Part shown: in pieces, positions 54,925-64,000 of the stretch | Layout: every line of letters begins with the position of its first letter | How positions within the stretch are numbered: position 1 is the first letter of the stretch | Assembly (NCBI RefSeq): GCF_006345805.1 | Contig: NC_043003.1 | Span: 35,588,001 to 35,652,000, forward strand | Origin: Octopus sinensis | Lineage: Eukaryota | Length of the DNA: 64,000 nt | Direction: 5' to 3' | The notes under the pieces: model-generated | Database searches by the model: none | What the model saw: the letters and a program-made list of their open reading frames with translations, nothing else | What the model was told of the DNA's origin: nothing | Program-made: the position numbers and the translations under genes

Positions 54925-55414
54925 TTATGTGAGTGTCTGTGTGTGTGTGCATACACTTATGAGGTATATGAATGTACATATGCATGTATGTATGTATGTA
55001 TATATATATATATGTATACATACATACATGCATATGTACATTAATATATCTCATAAGTGTATATATATATATATGCCCATATTCGCATATACATATTAGG
55101 TTTATGTACATCTTTTACAAGATTTCTGATGTTAAATCCTGTGTTGAAACTAATATTTCTATATTTGGGGATTGTCATATATACATATATAGATACATAC
55201 ATACATACATACATATATACATACATATATGTGTGTGTGTGTGTGTATGTGCGTGTTTATGTGAGTGTCTGTGTGTGTCTGTGTGTGTGTGCATACACTT
55301 ATGAGGTATATTAATGTACATATGCACGTATGTCTGTCTGTTTGCATGTATGTATATATATACATATATATACATACATACATACATGCATATGTATATT
55401 CATATACCTCATAA

Positions 55415-55440
<26 letters not shown>
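54925..55440. repeat. Two tandem copies of a hairpin unit (about 44-bp imperfect inverted arms around a microsatellite)
   Basis: atacacttatgaggtatat...atatacctcataagt read at about 54950-55065 and 55293-55420. Confidence 0.85.
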
Positions 55441-55454
<14 letters not shown>

Positions 55455-56129
55455 CCAATGAAGCACACGCACTATAGACTCGTCCTTCACGTGGGCTTCC
55501 TTATTATTCTTATTGCAGTATCCTTTATCTGAAAGCTTCCGCCAAATATACTGAGACCTATTCAGTTCAGGACGAGACACGTGGGATAGAGAATCGGGAA
55601 AGGTGTCATGGGCTTTGAAAGGAAAGATTTTAAACAAAAGGTACTAAAATAAGAATAATAATAATGCTGAAGTGGAGTATAGGTATATAGTGCGTGTGTT
55701 TATTTGGTAAAAAGTAAAAGACCATGCCCATATATGACAACATAAACATACATTTAATTATATAAGTGTTTTTAATCATATATATATATATATATATATT
55801 ATTTTATAGCTGTTTGATTTATCTCCATTCAACTCAGTTTTGTGGGCTTATAAGAGCGGCCCTAACTCGTCAGGCATATAGAAAATAACATAATCTGAGA
55901 CAAATTCAAGATAGCTTCTATTTGTTAGACATCTATTGATCAAATTTTCAATAGTGGTTGACTGTCCGTTATCCAACCTGCGTTTTTTGTGTGCCTATGT
56001 GTGCATACACATGTATGTATGTATATATGTATGTATGTATGCATGTATGTATGTATGTATGTACGTATGTATGTATGTATGTATGTATGTATGTATGTAT
56101 GTATGTATGTATGAATGTATGTATGTATG

Positions 56130-56430
56130 TAGGATTAGCCCTGGCATTAACTGTAGAACTACAAATGTACTCTACAGCATGATGCATAGAAAGTGCTTGT
56201 AAAGATATGAACATGAAATACATAGGGGAGACATATAGGAGCATTGCAGAAAGATTAAATGAACATTTTAGGCAATAAGACGTCAAACAACAGTCCTCCG
56301 TTATCTACCAGAATGACAAAGACCAACATGTAGGCAACCTGGGTCAACTTGACATTCGCATTTTATCCCAGGACCCAAAGGACGAGGAGTACATCCTTAT
56401 AAATGAAACATCCCCAGTACTAAATAGGAA
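56130..56430 (+). mobile_element. Penelope-like GIY-YIG endonuclease remnant
   Basis: NCRTTNVLY...KYIGETYRSIAERLNEH...EEYILINETSPVLN. Confidence 0.8.
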
Positions 56431-57183
56431 ATGTACGTAGTAGGTAATCATACCCCTATACCCAAAGTTTATATTTATGTACAGGTAAAATAGTTAGTGA
56501 GCTATGTTGTAGATGTATGTATGTGTGTGTATGTATGTATATGTATATGCACAAGTATGTAGGCAAATGGATATGAAAGTAAACAGGTAGACATACAGAC
56601 GGAGAAGTACATAGGAAATATGAACAGACAAGCACACATACACACACACATACGCAAGTGAAGACTGAAACACATGACCATATACAAACACACTTCACTT
56701 CACTCTTGGACACATATGGAGACACACATCCACACATATGGAGATATACATTTATCCATATAGACACACTACATAACCACAACGCTTCACTCACACACCC
56801 AGACATGCACACACAAGGAGACAGAGGTACACACACGCATGCAAACACACACACACATGCAAACACACACACACAAACACGGACAAACAAGAGCACAAAT
56901 ACATGAATATGCAGAAAACATACATACAAACGTACACACATACATACATATATACGTACGCACACACATACATAAACACACTTATATGCATACATGCATA
57001 CATGCATACATACAGCAGAATGTTTCATTAGATGTTGACTCTGTCCATTATACAAGCTGCGTTCTTTTCGTTGCAAGACGCAAAGAAAATTTTAGAAAAA
57101 TAAGTAAATGAGTGAATATTTTAACGGTGTGTGTGTTAAAATATAAGGCAATAAAAGCCAATGACTCTCTCCAGACCCTAAAG

Positions 57184-57250
<67 letters not shown>

Positions 57251-57261
<11 letters not shown>

Positions 57262-57393
57262 GGAAATGAAAAAAATGCTGACAAATAATTGAAGTAATTT
57301 AAGTAATTTAATTAGGTGAAAGTTCACCTAATTAAATTACTTAAATCACTTCAATTATTTGTCAGCATTTTCTTCATTTCCTTTTTTATATAT
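57251..57393. repeat. Near-perfect palindrome with about 70-bp arms and a 2-nt centre
   Basis: Arms are reverse-complementary with two substitutions and one T indel; centre GTGAA-AG-TTCAC. Confidence 0.93.
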
Positions 57394-57439
57394 CACCACT
57401 CGTGTTCGACATCTCCTTTTTTTAAATATATATATATAT

Positions 57440-57800
57440 ATATAACGGGAAGCTTTATGAAAATAGACAAAAGACGAAGGCAGGTGGGAAACAAACAAAC
57501 AATTGTATTAGTATGGCGCTCAGGAAATATAAATAAAACAAGTCTTTAACGTTTCGAGCCTACGCTCTTCAACAGAAAGATACACAGAGAGAAAAAAAAA
57601 ACACAGAAAGAAGGAGAGAAAAAAAATGCCTGCAGTAACTAACGAATCAACATGGCGATCTGATTTCGGCCAGAGGTCAAAGATCAAACATGAGACGCGA
57701 GAGCGAAATAAGGGGAGATAAAAGGGTTGATAATAGGGTTGAATGACCAGCTATTAGTGCGTAGGAGAGGTCTGGACGTGTGTATGTATAGGGTTGGTGT
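57440..57800 (-). mobile_element. PLE-type terminal repeat with minimal hammerhead-like motif at 57543-57580
   Basis: TCTTT-CTGTTGA-A-GAGC-GTAG-GCTC-GAA-ACGT-T-AAAGA. Confidence 0.55.
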
Positions 57801-57942
57801 ATGTATTAGTATGTATTAGTATGTATAAGGGTGTGTGTGTATGAGAGAGTATTAGTGCGTATGAAAGGTCTGGACGTGCGTATGTATGGGGTTGGGGTAT
57901 GTATTAGTATGTATTAGTATGTATTAGTACGTACATACATAC

Positions 57943-57983
<41 letters not shown>

Positions 57984-58129
57984 AATATTGCTGGACCGCT
58001 AAGTAACAGGGACGTAAATATATCGACACCTGTTGTCAGGCGTTGGTGGGGAACAAACACAGACACAACGACACACAAATACGCACACGCACATAGATAT
58101 AAATATATACACATACGCATATACACACA

Positions 58130-58330
58130 CACATGATATATATATGAACTTACGTGTTAATACATGTTAGACGTGTGTTGCGTTCCATTACTTAATAAAT
58201 GAAAAAATGTATGGTTAATAAATAAACGACATAAAGTATAGTGAATATAAAAACAAAAAGGGGACAGCCAGAAAGTCCGTAATTCTTCATCAGTTATCGA
58301 CTGATTGGTAATATTCAGTTTCGCACCTTT
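58130..58330 (-). mobile_element. PLE-type terminal repeat, permuted GAAA-first motif family
   Basis: GAA-ACTGA...TCAGT-C-GATAA-CTGATGAAG; related motif at about 48690-48730. Confidence 0.4.
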
Positions 58331-58371
58331 AACAGTACGTCTGAGCGTTTCCCAAAAAGTTTTCTTGCAAA

Positions 58372-58470
58372 GATTTTGCTTAGCACGAGGCTATAGCAGA
58401 TGGCATAAGCAGTGGGACTGAACCGGGAACTTAGGATGTAACTACTTTCCTTACAGCCACGCTTGCGCTC
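58372..58470 (-). mobile_element. SINE family A head, decayed
   Basis: cgaggctatagcaga...gtgggactgaacc...cagccacgcttgcgc. Confidence 0.7.
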
Positions 58471-58834
58471 TATATACGAACAATCCACCAGATAACAAGG
58501 AAAGTAGTTGTATATAATTATGTATATCGCACTTTTTATATACGTAGAACATTTATTCTCAGTTGTTCGTCCTCACTTTTCTGAATGATTAGCAGTAATC
58601 AGAAGGAAATTTTTCTTCCATTTCTGTTCTACCGAATTCCTGAGCCAGGAATAGATTTTCATTCGCATTCAAATTCATACGAGTTTATTATAGATGTCTC
58701 TGAAAGCAAAAATGAAACAGAAAATGAAATAGTGGATGAAAAGTGAGGAGAAAAGAAAAAAAGTAAAAGATAAACGGATTTTTCATGTCTTAAACAAAAC
58801 AATATTTATATATTTGATGCAGGCTGAGAAATAT

Positions 58835-58895
58835 CTATCTGATCCTCGTGCATGGAAGTTACCCAGCTCTGGAGAAAAGCCTGCATGACTGGTTT
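58835..58895 (+). pseudogene. Possible pogo/Tigger CENP-B-type HTH fragment
   Basis: HGSYPALEKSLHDWFQ resembles the YP.LE..L..WF motif; very short. Confidence 0.3.
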
Positions 58896-59002
58896 CAATA
58901 ACTAAATTAATAAGAAGTAGTGAGACAAAATCTTGACATGTCCGAGGTCATTATTCTATGTCTATTTTAAAGACTATAAGTTGTTTATAACACTAATAGG
59001 AA

Positions 59003-59004
<2 letters not shown>

Positions 59005-59066
<62 letters not shown>

Positions 59067-59082
59067 ACTACTACTACTACTA
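59005..59082. repeat. (TAC)n microsatellite
   Basis: Direct reading. Confidence 0.95.
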
Positions 59083-59793
59083 CAAAAGCAACTCACCCTA
59101 TTATGTTCCCACGTTTATAATATTTGCTTAGAATTAAATATCTTGTGTATAGATTTAATATGTAAATATTATATCATCAAAATGAAGTTCTGCTAATTAA
59201 TTCCTACAAATAAACAAATTAAAACTCTTTCTTAATTTCTGCACGCACACACATACATACATACACACACCCACTCACACAAGTATTTTAATATATAGAT
59301 TCGTGTCGTTGTGTGTGCATATATATATATATATAATATATATATATATACATATATATATAATATATATATATATATATTATATATATAATATATATGA
59401 ATATAAGAATATATATAATATATATATATATATATATACATATATATATAATATATATAATATATATATATAATATATATGAATATAAGAATATATATAT
59501 ACATATATATACATACCTAAGCACACATATATACATATAAATACATACGTACGTACACGCGTACATAAACACATACACATGCATATTTATGAAGATTTCG
59601 AATTTGCATAAGTTTGTATGAATATATATGCATATATATTCGCATATGTAGATATATATATATATGAATACATATTATATTATATACGTACACAAATAGA
59701 ATAAACGAGGATTTAATGTATATTTGAGTATTGTGATGTCCAGACAGTTTACATAATTTTCTAAATGTTATTTCAAGTTATATACACACACAC

Positions 59794-59830
<37 letters not shown>

Positions 59831-61633
59831 ACTATAAAATAAAGCTGGCAGAGACCGCGTGGTGTAGGAGAGAGACGCAGATAGAATGACAGGCAGAAAT
59901 ATAAGAGAAGAGAATGTAGAGGTTAGAAGGGAATATTTGTATATCAGTGGGCGAGTGTGAGAATGAATAAGTAAATATTATTCAGTCCTATGAGAATGTT
60001 TATTATGTAGTGTACATTATATTTAGCGAAGGTTAATGTATAATAAAACTACTTTTTAAATATTACTACATAACGTTTTGAAATTTTGTACATACATACA
60101 TAAATACATACATACATACATAATACATACATACATACAATCATATATGCGAACATATATTCTTGCATAGATATATCTACATGCACATATTCATAACATA
60201 CAAAGATGGCGTCCTCAGTAACAAACGTGCAAGCATAGAGGAAAATTCAAAATGTGCGTTAGAACGTTTTATTCTTCTATGATGCTGACTTAACCCAGAC
60301 TAGATCCCTACCTGACATTTTCTGATACTTTATTCAAAAGTTTATCTTTGCTCAAACCAGAAGAACGAGAAATATTTTAAACTAAGTTCGATTACACGTC
60401 GGTAAACATGGTTTACATCGGCATAACCAATACTAGCAACATCAAAACCACTTACAAATATGCAAACTATCTAAGAACGCATAATCATTCAGCTAAATTC
60501 AGTCGAATTTAAAATTGAGATAGGAATTATTCGCTGTTGCCAAAAGTTCTCAGAACAACAGGTAATCAGGAAAATACAAGGTGCAATAAATTAATCGGAC
60601 GAAATCCACCGAAATGAGAAATACTCTATAGCTAACGGACATCAACAAAAGGAAAACTGAGCTACACTAAATATATCTGTCACAGGTAGCAATCCCAGAT
60701 CAGGTTCTGTAATAACGGCCCATCTTCTGAAGATTTCATAGACGACTTTTAAAAGTGCACAATATTGATTCCATCACATGAAATTGTAATTCGTTGTTCA
60801 TATACTGCTATTTAAACGCAAACCAACAAAGATGTGAGGTGAACATCCTCAACGAAATATAGTTTGTAATTATAGTTTAAGGAGAATTTTTCAAAATTCT
60901 TGGAAGTGTCTGTACAAAACGGATTTTTAAGGGTTGGGAAATAAAAACTACTCTGATGTTAAATGACATACAAAATATCACTATAAAACATATGAACTTT
61001 AGTGCTAACACGCTTTTGACTACCTATGCCTCACTTATAAAGTTGGAAGATATATGCAGTACACGGGATGCTGATATAGAAACAGGCAGCTTAAGCGGAT
61101 AAGCTGAATGTGTTGCAGTGAAGATTCGGACATCAAAACACTATAATTAGGTTAACATTTAACCTCAGTTTCGCCACAAATCATCATTTCTTGAAAATAA
61201 CCTAATAAAATATGTAGAGATACCATTGTCTTAATCCCGTTAGGAAAAGAAATATTTATGTATTATATGGTATAAGCTGAGTATTTCAGAAAAGCGTTAT
61301 TGAAAACAAAATCCCCAAACAGCCGAAAATTTATCTCTAACACGTAGCATGTAACATAGGGTTTAAAAAAGAACAGAACGATATTCTAAAGGTAGAAAAA
61401 AGACACAGAGTCTTTTTCAGAAATAGTTTACCCCGCTTTAGATCTGAACTAAGAAGAATAACTTTAACGTTAGTATACCTAGTCTAGATTCAGCCGGTAG
61501 GACACACTGAACTGGCACGAGGTTTTGAATACATTTCATATGTTTACAGCTACATAAAAAAATATTTAGCTGTAATAAGTATGCTTGAGTTTGCTTGTCG
61601 AAATCTGTGGTCATGTTAGTAACAGCAAACTTG

Positions 61634-61682
<49 letters not shown>

Positions 61683-61712
61683 TGTGTGTGTTTGTGTGTG
61701 TGCGTGTTTATA

Positions 61713-61747
<35 letters not shown>

Positions 61748-61922
61748 GTATTGTTACAAAGTGGTATGGCATTACATTTAACTCCTCTTACAAATATATA
61801 TATATAGTTTACATACACTACACATGTTTCAACTGCGCCGATTAGTAACGGCTGCAATTACCAATTTTAAAAACCTCACGCAGAACAATCCGATAAACGT
61901 TTGGTCTATTCTCTTGATTTAG

Positions 61923-61954
<32 letters not shown>

Positions 61955-61959
61955 TAGAT

Positions 61960-62005
<46 letters not shown>

Positions 62006-62006
62006 T

Positions 62007-62096
62007 GTTTCTCTTATTAGCCACACAGGGCTGGCACCGATAGAACAAATTACAAGGTAGAGCTTTTTCTTTTGAAGGTTTAAAAAAAAAAATAAA

Positions 62097-62127
<31 letters not shown>

Positions 62128-63333
62128 TAAAAATAAAATAAATAAAAAAGGGGGGTCGATCAAAAGGGATCGTAAAAGGAGAGAACGAGGACAAAACAGG
62201 GGGGGTTAAAAAAAAAAGGGGGAGAGGAAAAAAAATTGATCAATAGGGATCGTTATCACAGAAATGTCAATATGAAGTGTAAAGGGGAGGACAGGTGAGG
62301 TTACCCGTGGAAAGAAAAGCCTACGGAAAAGACCACGGTAACCTCGGTCAATGAAGTCACATGTTATATTCTTTTTTTTTTTTTTTTGCAAATAAGCAAC
62401 TCTCTGTATTAATATTTACGGTTCAATAGAATCATAGTCAAGGTGGCTTCGTCATTCATATACGTGCCATCCTTGCTACATTCACCATCTTTTTTTAAAA
62501 CATTCACTAGACAAAACTTGCCCTCTACTCTCACTTTTTTCTTCAAGTGATACTTGAAGAAGTTGGTGAGAGATGACCAGAGAGGAAAGTGTTTGTCTCT
62601 AATCCTTTCAGACGCGTCCACCAGATACATTCTTTCGCCATAGCCCAAGTATGATAAAAATAGCTCTTCCTTCCCGTTTGAAGGAAGGAGGCGTGACGAT
62701 ATTAACGATAGACTCGGCGGATAAACCGACACGTCCCACACGTGACAGCAGTCGTTCGCATAAGCCCACAGGTGGGAAATTGCTGGACACTGCACGATTG
62801 CGTGCAGAGCGGTTTCGTCGCTCTGCCCGCATCTCGGGCAGGTCGGCCCCGTGTTTCTCGAGCCATGCCTATAGAGCTTATCCGAACGGGTAGCGCTTCT
62901 CGGTAGCACCGCCAGGCCAGGGATCTCTGGAAGTTGTCCATAGGTCCCGGGCCGAAAGTCGTTTGAAACAGGCGGGTCAGGTATTCCTCGTCGACGCCCA
63001 GGTTTGCCCCGAGCTCGTCGTCGTACCTCCCCTCCACTAATCCCCTATAGAATGTTTTGGTTGTGTTGAAGTCACTCAAGGTCGACCCGGGACGGCAGAG
63101 TTGCTTGAGAGCAACGCGACACTCGCGGTTCCCTTCGCCCTTCTTCGGCCTCTTTTTGATCCACGACTGTAGTTCGGTCATGGAGACGAGTTGCGGGAAT
63201 GCGTGCCTCACAAACGGCGACCACACCTGTTCACCGTCGTCTACATAGAGCCGGAGATGTCGCAGTCTCAGCGCGTGTCTGCGCATCATCAACCACGGCA
63301 TGCCCAGCCCTCCTTTTAACGGGTGTTGACAGC
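62007..63333 (-). mobile_element. 5'-truncated L1/Tx1-clade LINE (ORF2 C-terminus plus 3' UTR) inserted in a (GATA)n tract
   Basis: HPLKGGLGMPWL, SLAWRCYREALPV, CPRCGQSDETALHAIVQC zinc finger; few frameshifts; (GATA)n on both sides. Confidence 0.9.
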
Positions 63334-63392
<59 letters not shown>

Positions 63393-63468
63393 CAGATAGA
63401 TAGATATACATACATATATATATATGTATATATATATATATTATATATATATATACATACACACACAC

Positions 63469-63503
<35 letters not shown>

Positions 63504-63931
63504 CACATACATACATACGTACATACGTTTGTATACGTATAAAAACATACATACATGTACGCATATATGTATGTATGTGTGTATGCATTTATGAATGTGC
63601 ATTGGTACTTACAAGAAACGAAACCACTATTTATATGTGCATCTATTTCTATATTTAAAGATAATCGAGTCTAAAAGCACATTTGCGTATATGTTTGGAA
63701 TATTACGAATAGCAAGTGATGATATTTGATGTTTGATGCAAAATGAAATAGAAGGCGGAGGGGGACGAACAGAAAGAATGTTTTGTACGTTTATACCCAA
63801 AATAGTCTTCGCATTCAAAACTCTTAAGAAAAGTTTATCTCAAATGTGTACTGCTTTGATTTGACCTCATCCTCAGCCTTTCCTCCACGTTTTCACTGGT
63901 ACGACGGAGCATATATGCATGCATATGCATA

Positions 63932-63966
<35 letters not shown>

Positions 63967-64000
63967 AGAAATAAAAAAAAGGAAGCTGGAAGGTATTTCT

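Noticed and set aside
60190-60700. Decayed ORF-like stretch
   Set aside because: Multiple stops and no diagnostic motif; possibly an old LINE ORF1 but not supportable.

Overview
AT-rich, microsatellite-saturated eukaryotic DNA that looks intronic or intergenic. The tRNA-derived SINE families and the simple-repeat density point to an octopus or related coleoid genome; this is pattern recognition, not a search result. No intact host gene is supported, and nearly all ORF-track entries are translations of simple repeats. The window is a transposon graveyard: a truncated Ty3/Gypsy element (5' LTR, PBS, gag, RT, RNase H), Tc1, DD37D maT/mariner and Chapaev3-like DNA transposons, Helitrons, R4/Dong-like and L1/Tx1 LINE remnants, Penelope-like (PLE) RT and GIY-YIG remnants, and three SINE families. 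Most notable: (i) about nine hammerhead-ribozyme-like motifs in PLE-type terminal repeats, the best inside a perfect 65-bp-arm palindrome at 28131-28265; (ii) a second long palindrome at 57251-57393; (iii) a relatively young Tx1 LINE inserted in a (GATA)n tract; (iv) an identical 691-bp tandem duplication carrying a possible symmetric exon; (v) a roughly 11-bp-periodic A/T-tract array; (vi) a possible recursive-splice or microexon site. All functional claims are untested inferences, and many TE boundaries are approximate.
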